The notes under the pieces are model-generated. The model was not told the origin of the DNA and made no database searches. It worked only from the letters and a program-made list of their open reading frames with translations. Both the position numbers and the translations under genes were made by a program. Shown one piece after another: positions 45,953 to 54,512 of a stretch of DNA of 64,000 bases (position 1 is its first letter; the number at the start of each line of letters is the position of its first letter). The DNA comes from Candidatus Multivorans thiocomprendens. GTDB lineage: Bacteria; Acidobacteriota; Thermoanaerobaculia; Multivoradales; Multivoraceae. The stretch spans positions 2,853 through 66,852 of the forward strand of contig JAPVWO010000087.1 in the NCBI GenBank assembly GCA_027493375.1, read 5' to 3'.

Positions 45953-47083
45953 ATGACCCCGCGCCGGCCTCTCGACGGCGTCCTCGTGGTGGCCATCGAG
46001 CAAGCGGTTGCGGCGCCGCTGGCTACCTGCCGGCTCGCCGACGCCGGGGCCCGGGTGATCAAGATCGAGCGCGAAGGCGGCGACTTCGCCCGCGGCTACG
46101 ACGGCAGCGGCGGCGTCTCGGCCTATTTCGCGTGGCTGAACCGCGGCAAGGAGTCCATCGTGCTCGACATCAAGGACGCTGAGGACCGGACCCTTCTCGA
46201 ACGGATGCTCGAGCGTGCGGACGTGTTCATCCAGAACCTCGCTCCGAGCGCCGCCGCGCGCGCGGGCTTCGGGTCGAAGGACCTCGGCAAGCGTCATCCG
46301 CAACTGATCACCTGCGACATCTCGGGCTACGGCGAGGAGGGACCGTACCGGTCGATGCGCGCCTACGACCTCCTGGTCCAGGCCGAGAGCGGCGTCGCAT
46401 CGATCACCGGCTCACCGGCGGAGCCCGGCCGGGTCGGCGTGTCGATCTGCGACTTCGCCACCGGCATCTACGCTTACTCCGCCATCCTCGAAGCCCTGAT
46501 CGAGCGCGAGCGCACCGGCGCCGGCCGCAACGTCGAGGCCACCCTCTTCCACACGATGGCCGACTGGATGGCCGTGCCTCTGCTGCGCTTCGAACAGCAG
46601 GGTCTCGACTGGCCGCGCGTCGGCCTCGGCCATCCGACGATCGTGCCCTACGGCCTGTTCGAGCTCGGTGACGGCGACTCCGTCCTGATCGGCGTTCAGA
46701 ACGACCGCGAGTTCGTGCGACTGTGCAACGAGGTTCTCGACCAGCCGGAGCTGGCCGAGGCCTACCCCCGGAACGTGGACCGCGCCAACGCCCGCGACAA
46801 CGTAGAAGGCGCGATCCGTGCTGTCTTCCTGCGCCACGACCGGGCCTCGATCCAGGCCGCGCTGAACCAGGCGCGCATCGCCTACGGCTTCCTCAACGAC
46901 GTGGCCGCCCTGTCGGGGCATCCGCAACTCCGCCGGGCCAGGCAACCTCTCCCCGACGGCACCGAGATCGACATGGTCGCACCCGCCGCCGCACCCAACG
47001 AACCGGGAAAGCGCCTGCCGCCGGTTCCCAAGCTCGACCAGCACGGCGCCGCGATCCGGGCCGAGTTCGCGGTTGACATCTGA
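45953..47083 (+). CDS. family III CoA-transferase (CaiB/BaiF/Frc type)
   Basis: ATG at 45953. PLDGVLVVAIEQAVAAPLATCRLADAGARVIKIE and FAWLNRGKESIVLDIK blocks. Confidence 0.85.
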   Translation: MTPRRPLDGVLVVAIEQAVAAPLATCRLADAGARVIKIEREGGDFARGYDGSGGVSAYFAWLNRGKESIVLDIKDAEDRTLLERMLERADVFIQNLAPSAAARAGFGSKDLGKRHPQLITCDISGYGEEGPYRSMRAYDLLVQAESGVASITGSPAEPGRVGVSICDFATGIYAYSAILEALIERERTGAGRNVEATLFHTMADWMAVPLLRFEQQGLDWPRVGLGHPTIVPYGLFELGDGDSVLIGVQNDREFVRLCNEVLDQPELAEAYPRNVDRANARDNVEGAIRAVFLRHDRASIQAALNQARIAYGFLNDVAALSGHPQLRRARQPLPDGTEIDMVAPAAAPNEPGKRLPPVPKLDQHGAAIRAEFAVDI

Positions 47084-47107
47084 TGCTTGATGCGTGATGC
47101 TCACGCC

Positions 47108-47338
47108 ATGCGTACCACGTTGAACCTCGCCGAAGATGTCCTCTGGGCTGCCAAGGAACTCGCCGCGCAGCGTGGCGTTCCCATGGGTCAGGTCGTTTCG
47201 GAGTTGGTCAGAAAAGGGCTCAAGCCCAAAGAAGATCGAACCGTGACGAGAAACGGCATACATCTCCTGCCGCCGCGTGAAGGCGCCCGACCTGTCTCGC
47301 TCGAGGTGGTCAACGCTCTTCGGGACGAGGAACCTTGA
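47108..47338 (+). CDS. type II antitoxin, VapB-like
   Basis: MRTTLNLAEDVLWAAKELAAQRGVPMGQVVSELVRKGL. Stop overlaps the toxin start (TTGA). Confidence 0.7.
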   Translation: MRTTLNLAEDVLWAAKELAAQRGVPMGQVVSELVRKGLKPKEDRTVTRNGIHLLPPREGARPVSLEVVNALRDEEP

Positions 47339-47772
47339 CGGCACTGCTCGACATCAACGTGCTGATCGCACTGTTCGACACGGAGCACATCCACTACGAG
47401 ACGGCACACGACTGGTTCGAGAGCACCGGGCGCGGCCTTTGGGCCACTTGTCCATTGACCGAGAACGGCTTCGTTCGCATCGTCTCCAGCCCCAGGTATC
47501 CCGGCCGCCGGACCACCGTCGCCGAAACGGCCGAGCGCCTGCGACGCTCTTGCCACGAGTCCGACGATCACGTCTTCTGGCCTGACTCGCTGTCGCTCCG
47601 CGATCAGGAGCACTTCACCGCCGGCGCTCTTCGCGGCTACCGCCAGATCACGGACGTCTATCTCCTCGCGTTGGCTGTTCACAACGACGGCGTCCTGACC
47701 ACCTTCGACGACTCGATTCCGACTGGCGCGGTGCCGGGAGCTGGCGACAACCGCATCGTGCTGCTGAGATAG
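47335..47772 (+). CDS. type II toxin, VapC-family PIN-domain ribonuclease
   Basis: 145 aa. LLDINVLIAL (first acidic residue), TENGFVRI, QITDVYLLALA, VLTTFD - the PIN acidic quartet pattern. Confidence 0.8.
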   Translation: MTALLDINVLIALFDTEHIHYETAHDWFESTGRGLWATCPLTENGFVRIVSSPRYPGRRTTVAETAERLRRSCHESDDHVFWPDSLSLRDQEHFTAGALRGYRQITDVYLLALAVHNDGVLTTFDDSIPTGAVPGAGDNRIVLLR

Positions 47773-47776
47773 CCCG

Positions 47777-48663
47777 CTACAGGGTCGCGTGGCCCGCGAC
47801 CACGGCGATCCAGATCAGCGGCAGCACGATGAGGGAACCGAGGAAGAGGATCCGTGCGCGGGCGGAGCCGCGGTCGAAGGCGAACCGCGCGGCGAGTAGA
47901 GCGAAGGCGCCGCTGAAGGCGGCGGCCGCGACGGCGAAGGCCGCGGGTGTAAGGCCGACGGCGGCCCCGAGAAGACACAGGACGGCAAGCACGAGGGCCC
48001 AGACGAGGGAGTGAGTCGCGGTGCGGCGCCCCGTCGGATCGTCCACCGCCAGCACCTTGAAGCCCGCTCGGGCGTAGTCGTCGCGGTGGAGCCAGGCCAG
48101 CGAGTGGAAGTGCGGGAGCTGCCAGGCGAAGACGATGCCGAAGAGAAGCCAGGCCTCGACGGTCAGGGCGCCGGTCGCGGCGACCCAACCGATGACCGGC
48201 GGCAGGGCGCCGGGCACCGCGCCGACGAGGACGGCCCAGGGCGTGCTGCGCTTGAGCGGCGTGTAGATCCAGGCGTAGCTGACGAGGGTCGCCAACGCCA
48301 CAACTGCGGAGAGCGGGTTGGCGCCGAGGGCAAGGACGATGAGACCCGCGATGCTCAGAACGGTGGCGAAGAGCTGGCCCGCCGCCGGCGAGATGCCGCC
48401 CAGGGCAGCGGCCGGGACCGAGTGCGGGTCATCAGGGCGTCGAGGTCGCGCTCGGCGACCTGGTTGAAGGCGGCGCCGCCCGCGGCAACGAGACCGGAGC
48501 CGATCAGGACGGAGATGAGGACTCCCAGGTCGAGCGCGCCGGCTCCGAGGTAGTAGCCGATGCCGACCGTGGCAACGGCCAGGGCATTGAGCCGCGGCTT
48601 GGCCAATGCCAGCCACAGGGCGGCACGGTTCGGCCGTGTCGCTTCCGCGGCGAGGAGCGTCAC
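47777..48663 (-). pseudogene. ctaB: protoheme IX farnesyltransferase (heme O synthase) with an apparent frameshift
   Basis: The N-terminal 86 codons (GTG 48663; ...KPRLNALAVATV...FNQVAERDLDALMTRTRSRPLP) are in one frame. The remainder (GGISPAAGQLFATV...YTPLKRSTPW...GWVAATG...AWQLPHFHSLAW) is in another. The junction is at ~48395-48410 (ccctggg run). This is either a real pseudogene or a 1-nt assembly error. Confidence 0.8.
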
Positions 48664-49637
48664 GCCGGGACCCGCCCGGGGGCGTCACCGGTGCTCGTCG
48701 CGAAGCGGGTAGCCCGGATGGACGAAGCGTCGCCGAACCAGGCGCGGTGCACCCGCAACGCCAGCGCCACCGAGACGACCCAGAGCAGGCCGCCGGTCGC
48801 CACGTGCGCCGTGTTGATGTGCGGCTGCAGGCCGCTCCAGACGGTCCATGCGCCGAGGCCGACCTGAGCCAGCAGCACCGTCCCCAGCAGCAGCGCCGCG
48901 CGGGCTAGCTCCGGCCGGTGCCGATGAACCCTGAGAACGCGCACGATCAGGGCCACCGCCGCGACGGTCACGGCGACAGCGCCCAGCCGGTGCGCGAAGT
49001 GAAGTGAGATGCCCAGGCTCCACTCGGGCGGCAGCAACCGGCCGAAGGCCAGCGGGAAGTCCGGGATGGCGAGCCCGGCGTCGTTGTGACGCATCGTCGC
49101 GCCGAGGAGGATCTGGACGTACACGAAAGCCGGAACCGCCAGCGCAAGCCGGGCCAGCAGCGGGTCGTCCAGCGGTTCCGAACGTCCGAAGCCCGCTCGC
49201 CAACCCGGTGACGTGAACACGCCCAGGCTCACGACCAGGGCGAAGAAGAGCTGGGCCAGGCCGGCATGGCTGATCGAGATCGGTTTCGGCAGCAGGTAGA
49301 TCACCGTGATGCCGCCGAGCAGTCCCTGAGCCACGACCGCGGCGAGCGCCGTCCAGGCCAGCCGGCGCACCCAGGCGCGGGTCTCGACCCGCCAGGCCCA
49401 GACCGCCAGACCGATCGTCAGCAGGCCGACCACGCTCGCGATCAGGCGGTGGCCGTGCTCGTAGAGGATGCCGCCCACCATCTTGGAGAACGGGAAGGCG
49501 AACATGAAGTAGCCGTACGTGTTCGGCCAGTCGGGAACGGCCAGTCCCGAGTCGGTGCTCGTGACCAGGCCGCCGGCCGCGATCAGCAGCAGGGACGCCG
49601 CGGCCAGCAGCCGAAGGTAGTAGTGCAGCCATGGCAC
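48660..49637 (-). CDS. ctaA: heme A synthase (COX15/CtaA)
   Basis: 325 aa. GGLVTSTDSGLAVPDWPNTYGYFMF, YEHGHRL and HFAHRLGA histidine motifs in a polytopic protein. Confidence 0.85.
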   Translation of the reverse strand: MPWLHYYLRLLAAASLLLIAAGGLVTSTDSGLAVPDWPNTYGYFMFAFPFSKMVGGILYEHGHRLIASVVGLLTIGLAVWAWRVETRAWVRRLAWTALAAVVAQGLLGGITVIYLLPKPISISHAGLAQLFFALVVSLGVFTSPGWRAGFGRSEPLDDPLLARLALAVPAFVYVQILLGATMRHNDAGLAIPDFPLAFGRLLPPEWSLGISLHFAHRLGAVAVTVAAVALIVRVLRVHRHRPELARAALLLGTVLLAQVGLGAWTVWSGLQPHINTAHVATGGLLWVVSVALALRVHRAWFGDASSIRATRFATSTGDAPGRVPA

Positions 49638-49726
49638 GACCGGCGGACTCTATCCGCGCAGCCGCACGCCTGGGTACGCTGGTCTGACATCCGACCGCCC
49701 GATGACGGGCGCTCGGACTGTGACGC

Positions 49727-49808
49727 GGCTGGCGCGGGGACGCGCCAGCCGGGTTCTGACCCGCTGCCGCCGCAGGCGGCGGGAGAACGCCGCCGCGAAG
49801 CGGCGACC
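49727..49808. repeat. solo-TIR-like palindrome followed by double-hairpin REP-like repeat, copy A
   Basis: ggctggcgcg-ggga-cgcgccagcc (49727-49750) resembles the joined outer ends of the 61404-61579 element. 49751-49808 (gggttctgacccgctGCCGCCgcaGGCGGCgggagaaCGCCGCgaaGCGGCGacc) aligns with 61622-61681. Confidence 0.6.
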
Positions 49809-49826
49809 TCAATACCTCGCAGTTCT

Positions 49827-51008
49827 TCAGCCGACGATGTTCTGACGACGCAGTTCGTCGATCTCGGCCGCGGTCATGCCCAGACCGCCCAGAAGATCGT
49901 CGGCGCCCTCGCCCAGGGGCGGCGACGGCGCGACCGGCGCCGGCGGCGTACCCGAGAACTTCGCCGCCGGACGGGGCACCCTCATGCGGCCGACCTGCGG
50001 ATGATCGACTTCCCGCAGCAACTCGTTCCCGACCACCTGCGGATCGGTCAACACCTCGTTGCGGGTCAGGATCGGCGCACAGGGCACGTCCTCCGCTTCA
50101 AGCGCGGCGATCCACTCGGCGGAGGTGCGTTGCCGCATGACGTCGCCGACCATGCCCAGGCGCGAGTCCGCGTTCGAGATCCGCCCCGCCGCCGTGTTGT
50201 ACCGCTCGTCCTCCAGCCACTCGAGATGACCGGTGGCCCGCGCCATTCCCTCCCACTCGGCGTCGGAGATGGTGGACGCCGTAATGTAGCCGTCGGCGGT
50301 CTGGTAGATCAGGTCGCTGGTCGACCCGGGCCGGCCATGCGCGACCTCGCCGCCGACCAGGATCTGGCGCACGAAGCCCTCGGGCCAGGTGAAGGAGATC
50401 GTCGCGTCAAGCATCGCGAGCTCGAGATGCTGGCCCTCGCCCGTCCGTTCGCGGGCCAGCAGCGCCGCCGTGATCGCCTGGGCCGCGGTCAAGCCGGTCA
50501 CCTTGTCCGGGATGATCGTCCGCACCATCTTCGGCTCGCCCGTGACCCGATCGGCCTGGATGTCCGCGAATCCCGACAGGGCCTGGATGATCGGGTCGTA
50601 CACGCGCTTCTGAGCGTACGGCCCTTCCTGGCCGAATCCGCTGATCGACACGTAGACGAGACGAGGGTTCGACTCGCGCAGGCGATCGGCGCCCAGGCCC
50701 AGCTTGTCGACCACGCCGGGCCGGAAGTTCTGAACGAAGACGTCGGCGGTACCGACCAGGTCGAGCAGGATCCCGATGCCACGCTCGTGCTTCAGGTCGA
50801 GCACGAGGGACCGCTTGCCCCGGTTGATCGTCGCGAATCCGGCCGTGACGCCGCCCCGCTGGGGTCCCAGCCGGCGCATGATGTCGCCGCCCGGGGGCGC
50901 CTCGACCTTGATCACTTCGGCGCCCTGATCCGCCAGCAGCATGGTGGCGATCGGCCCCGAGACCATCGTCGCCAGTTCAATCACCCGAAAGCCGTCGAGC
51001 GGACCCAT
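49827..51008 (-). CDS. family III CoA-transferase (CaiB/BaiF/Frc type), paralogue of 45953-47083
   Basis: 393 aa. GPLDGFRVIELATMVSGPIATMLLADQGAEVIKVE and FATINRGKRSLVLDLK. Confidence 0.85.
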   Translation of the reverse strand: MGPLDGFRVIELATMVSGPIATMLLADQGAEVIKVEAPPGGDIMRRLGPQRGGVTAGFATINRGKRSLVLDLKHERGIGILLDLVGTADVFVQNFRPGVVDKLGLGADRLRESNPRLVYVSISGFGQEGPYAQKRVYDPIIQALSGFADIQADRVTGEPKMVRTIIPDKVTGLTAAQAITAALLARERTGEGQHLELAMLDATISFTWPEGFVRQILVGGEVAHGRPGSTSDLIYQTADGYITASTISDAEWEGMARATGHLEWLEDERYNTAAGRISNADSRLGMVGDVMRQRTSAEWIAALEAEDVPCAPILTRNEVLTDPQVVGNELLREVDHPQVGRMRVPRPAAKFSGTPPAPVAPSPPLGEGADDLLGGLGMTAAEIDELRRQNIVG

Positions 51009-51026
51009 GGCGGCGCAGGGTACCAG

Positions 51027-52835
51027 CTACTCCATCCGCTCCCGCAACACGAGATCCACGGTCAGAGACTGCCGAGGATTCAGAATCGTCTCGAACGCCT
51101 CACTTGTTTCCCAGCGGGCTTGCGTCAAACGCTGGGCCGAGATTCTCACCCAGCCGGGCGGAACGCCGCGAGCGGAATAGGCGCCGTCCTCGCCGGAGGT
51201 CGCCTGGTGAACGAGCTGCCCGTCCGCGGACTCGAAGCGGACGATGGCGCGCTCCGCCGGCTGACCCGTGGACGCGCTCAGCACACGGCCCTGGACGACG
51301 GTGTCGGCGAGTTCCAGAACCAGAGGCTCGTCCGCCGGCACGTCGATGTCGTGGAAGAACTGAATCAGCTCGTAGTCAGGCGCGACCACGTCGACCCGCC
51401 AACCCTCCCGACCCGGCAGCGCGCCCCTGAACCAGCCCTCGGCATCGGTCCGGAAGGTCAAGTCCGGCGAGGTCTGCCGGCCGCCGAAAAACACAAGACC
51501 AGTTACCGGCACCTTGTCCAGCGTCAGGCGGCCCACCACCGGTACGAGGTCAAGTTCCACGACAGCCGTCCGGTCGGTCACGACCTCAAGATAGTCGAGG
51601 CCGCCAAAACGCCCACCCGCCTCGTCGGCAATCTCAACGCTGAAGGCGCCGTTGCCCGGCACGTGAAACAGCGCCCGGCCGTTCTCGACGACGGCTCTCT
51701 GCTGGGAGTACTCCCCGGGGCGGTACTCGCGCCAGAACCCGGCCGGGTCCTCCGGCTCGATCTGCTTCAACCGGGCGACCCAGTGGCTGTCGTAGGGCGG
51801 ATCGGCGGGCAGCACGGAGACCTCCAGTAGGTGGCTTCGCATGAGAGAAACCCGCTTCCGGGGGAACATCTCGGCGTTCCTCTGGAGAGTGTAGGGACCC
51901 GCGCGCGCGGCCACCCGGCTGTCGCAGTCCACCTGGATCCAATGGTGGCCGGGACCCAGTCCCGGCGCCTGGAAGAAACCGTCCCTGGCCACTTCCACCG
52001 TCGTCACGACGTCCTCGAGACCGGTCGTCCAGAACGCGGGATCCGCCTTCGCCACGTGGACGACGCAACGTTCGATCAACTCCCTGAAGCCCGGCCCCGC
52101 GGCGACGAAACCGGCCAGACTGGCGCCGGGGACGAGCCTCTGGTCGCCCATGCGAAGCTGCCGCCGGCCGAACAACGGCGTCTCCCAGCGGTACTCCGGC
52201 GAGTGTCCGGGCAGCCAGAACACGATGTGAACCAGGGTGCCCGGCAGGTCGCAGGACCAGCGGCCGTCGTCCGCCACCGGGCACCGGATCCTCGCTCCCT
52301 TCAGGCTGAAGCGCGGGTCCATCCGCTCGGAGTCGACGTCGCCGAGAAGGATCAGGATTTCCGAAACCGGGCGCCGCGGACCGACCACCCGTCCCGAACC
52401 GGAAACCGCCGGGAAAACCGGCACCTCGAAGACCGGCACGACCGAGGGGGCCGGCTCATCGCTTCCGTCGGCCTCCGGCCCCGGCTCGCCTGGATCGTCC
52501 GGCTCCAGGTCGGGGTCGATGTAGACCTCACGACCCCAGAACCCGCTGCCGGACGCCGGCCGGACGTTCCAGGGTCCGGGCTCGAACAGAAACACCTGGA
52601 ACGGCTGACCACTGACCACCGGCAGCTCCTGCTCGGCGCCGTCCGCGTTCCTGGCCACGAGCGTCACTTCGGCCGAGACCGTGCGGTAGGCGACCGCCTT
52701 CAGCACGACGGGGGAAACCTCATCCGCCGTCCGGTCGGCGGTTCCGTCCGGTTCCTGGGCATGGGAAGCGGCGGTTCCCAGGACAAGGCTCAAGCCGAGA
52801 GCCGTACCGATCGCCCTCAGCCGCCGTTCGCTCAT
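51027..52835 (-). CDS. exported protein with carboxypeptidase-regulatory-like (CarboxypepD_reg) beta-sandwich domains
   Basis: ATG at 52835 gives the signal MSERRLRAIGTALGLSLVLGTAASHAQ. C-terminal VVQGRVLSASTGQPAERAIVRFESADGQLVHQATSGEDGAYSARGVPPGWVRISAQ fits the domain pattern. The 856-aa ORF-track N-terminus is antisense to map and is rejected. Confidence 0.55.
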   Translation of the reverse strand: MSERRLRAIGTALGLSLVLGTAASHAQEPDGTADRTADEVSPVVLKAVAYRTVSAEVTLVARNADGAEQELPVVSGQPFQVFLFEPGPWNVRPASGSGFWGREVYIDPDLEPDDPGEPGPEADGSDEPAPSVVPVFEVPVFPAVSGSGRVVGPRRPVSEILILLGDVDSERMDPRFSLKGARIRCPVADDGRWSCDLPGTLVHIVFWLPGHSPEYRWETPLFGRRQLRMGDQRLVPGASLAGFVAAGPGFRELIERCVVHVAKADPAFWTTGLEDVVTTVEVARDGFFQAPGLGPGHHWIQVDCDSRVAARAGPYTLQRNAEMFPRKRVSLMRSHLLEVSVLPADPPYDSHWVARLKQIEPEDPAGFWREYRPGEYSQQRAVVENGRALFHVPGNGAFSVEIADEAGGRFGGLDYLEVVTDRTAVVELDLVPVVGRLTLDKVPVTGLVFFGGRQTSPDLTFRTDAEGWFRGALPGREGWRVDVVAPDYELIQFFHDIDVPADEPLVLELADTVVQGRVLSASTGQPAERAIVRFESADGQLVHQATSGEDGAYSARGVPPGWVRISAQRLTQARWETSEAFETILNPRQSLTVDLVLRERME

Positions 52836-52849
52836 CCCCGCTCCACCCG

Positions 52850-52890
52850 CTACGACAGCGTCATCACCAGGGGCTTCTTGCGAGTAACGA
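52850..52890. repeat. degenerate duplicate of the map gene 3' end
   Basis: ctacgacagcgtcatcaccaggggcttcttgcgagtaacga (52850-52890) versus ctacggcaaggtcatcactagcggtttcttgcgagtgacga (52913-52953), 63 nt apart. Confidence 0.7.
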
Positions 52891-52912
52891 GGAGTACTCA
52901 CGCAAGAACCAC

Positions 52913-53659
52913 CTACGGCAAGGTCATCACTAGCGGTTTCTTGCGAGTGACGACGATCGTGTGCTCGAACTGGACCGTCGTCGTTCCGGGCTTGTTGAGC
53001 AGCGTCCAGCCGTCCTTCGCGGTCTTCGCCTGCTCGCGGCCGTTGGTCAGGAACGGCTCGATCGTCAGCACCATGCCGTCGTGCAGGAAGCGGTCGTCGT
53101 TCGGATCGTCGAAGCCGGGTACGAACTTCGGCTCCTCGTGGAGCGAGCGGCCGATGCCGTGCGAGCCGAGGTTGCGGATCAGGCCGAAACCGGCCCTGGT
53201 CGCCGTCTCCTCGATCGCGCGGCCGATGTTGCGCAGCCGGCGCCCGTGGCGGGCCTGCCGCATCGCCTCCCGCAGCGCCCGCCGGGTGGCCGAGATCATC
53301 CGCCGCCTCACCTCGTTCACTGGCGGAACCGGGTACGCCGCGCCCGTATCGCTGAAGTAGCCGTCGAGTTCGAGGGAGACGTCGACGTGCACGAGGTCCC
53401 CTGCCTCGATCCGCCGCTCGCCGGCGATGCCGTGCGCGACTTCCTCGTTGACGCTGATGCAGGTGGCCGCCGGGAAGTCGTAGCAGAACTCGGGCGCCGA
53501 GCGCGCGCCGTGGGCCTCCATGTACTCCCGGCCGACCAGATCCAGCTCGGCCGTCGTCATGCCCGGCTCGAGCGCCTCGCCCATCCGCGCCAGACACCGG
53601 GCCGCTACCCGACCCGCGCGGCGCAGCCCCTCCAGGTCCTCGCGGCCGTCGATGGTCAT
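52913..53659 (-). CDS. map: type I methionine aminopeptidase
   Basis: 248 aa. Metal-ligand blocks DLVHVDVS, HGIGRSLHEEP, VLTIEP, QFEHTIVVT. Confidence 0.9.
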   Translation of the reverse strand: MTIDGREDLEGLRRAGRVAARCLARMGEALEPGMTTAELDLVGREYMEAHGARSAPEFCYDFPAATCISVNEEVAHGIAGERRIEAGDLVHVDVSLELDGYFSDTGAAYPVPPVNEVRRRMISATRRALREAMRQARHGRRLRNIGRAIEETATRAGFGLIRNLGSHGIGRSLHEEPKFVPGFDDPNDDRFLHDGMVLTIEPFLTNGREQAKTAKDGWTLLNKPGTTTVQFEHTIVVTRKKPLVMTLP

Positions 53660-53661
53660 CG

Positions 53662-54381
53662 TCAGTCGGGCAGCACGAGGATGCGGAGGTTACGGAACCA
53701 GATCTCGTTGCCGTGGTCCTGAAGCGCGATGTGGCCCGTCTCCATCATCCCGTAGCCGGGCATGGAGACTTTCTCGCCGTTCAGCCAGTGCGTGACCGCG
53801 GCGCCCTCGACCCGCAACGCGCTCGTGTTGAACTCGCCCAGGGGTGCCAGCTCGCCGCCCTGCCGGGCGTGAAGGGCGTAGTTCGAGGCTGCCGAGGTTT
53901 CCATCCGCTGACCGTCCCGGTGCCCGCCGTCGTCCAGGATCTGGAACTCGGGGCCCGTCGAATAGGACGCTCGGGCGTCTTCTGAAACGTGGAACATCAC
54001 CCCGCTGTTTCCGCCCGGCGTCACCGCCCAGTCGAACCGGAACTCGAATGACCGGTACTGCTCCCGGGTCATCAGATCGGCCCGCGGCCCGGCGTCGTCG
54101 CCCTCGGGCGGCACGAAGTGGATCACGCCGTCCGCCACCGCCCAGCCGGCCGGCACCTGGTCGAGCCTGAAGCCCCGCCAGTGCTTGAGGGACTCGCCGT
54201 CGAAGAGCGACTGGAACCCGGCCGCGGCCTCCTCGGCCGTGAGCTCACCCGGGGCCGCGTCCACGGCGGCCGCGGCCTCTTCGCTTTCGGCGCTGTCCGC
54301 AGTGCTTACCCGAACTTCCACACAGGCGGCCGCTCCGATCGCCAGCAGCGTTGCAACAACAACCATCGACATCGTCTTCAT
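53662..54381 (-). CDS. DUF1080 (3-keto-disaccharide hydrolase-like) exported protein
   Basis: ATG at 54381 with GGAGG 8 nt upstream. Signal MKTMSMVVVATLLAIGAAAC. WRGF...GWAVADGVIH, GGNSGVMFH, PEFQILDD, GHIALQDHGNEIWFRNLRI. Confidence 0.8.
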   Translation of the reverse strand: MKTMSMVVVATLLAIGAAACVEVRVSTADSAESEEAAAAVDAAPGELTAEEAAAGFQSLFDGESLKHWRGFRLDQVPAGWAVADGVIHFVPPEGDDAGPRADLMTREQYRSFEFRFDWAVTPGGNSGVMFHVSEDARASYSTGPEFQILDDGGHRDGQRMETSAASNYALHARQGGELAPLGEFNTSALRVEGAAVTHWLNGEKVSMPGYGMMETGHIALQDHGNEIWFRNLRILVLPD

Positions 54382-54512
54382 CCGTTCATCCTCCATGGCA
54401 GGGAATCGCGCTCGCTGCTTCGCAGCCTCGCGCTCGATGCGGGTCAGAAGACCCGCGCACCCGGAGAAGTGGCGCCGGGTAGCGCGATTCTCTTCTGCAA
54501 CCGACGGTCTTT

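Noticed and set aside
45953-51008. The two family-III CoA-transferase paralogues as a recent duplication or repeat
   Set aside because: The protein sequences are clearly diverged (different N-termini and blocks), and the genes are on opposite strands with unrelated neighbours. They are ordinary paralogues.
51027-53597. 856-aa ORF fusing the CarboxypepD_reg-like protein to ~250 upstream codons
   Set aside because: The upstream part overlaps the map gene in a different frame on the same strand and is Arg/Gly/Pro junk. An internal ATG at 52835 gives a clean signal peptide.
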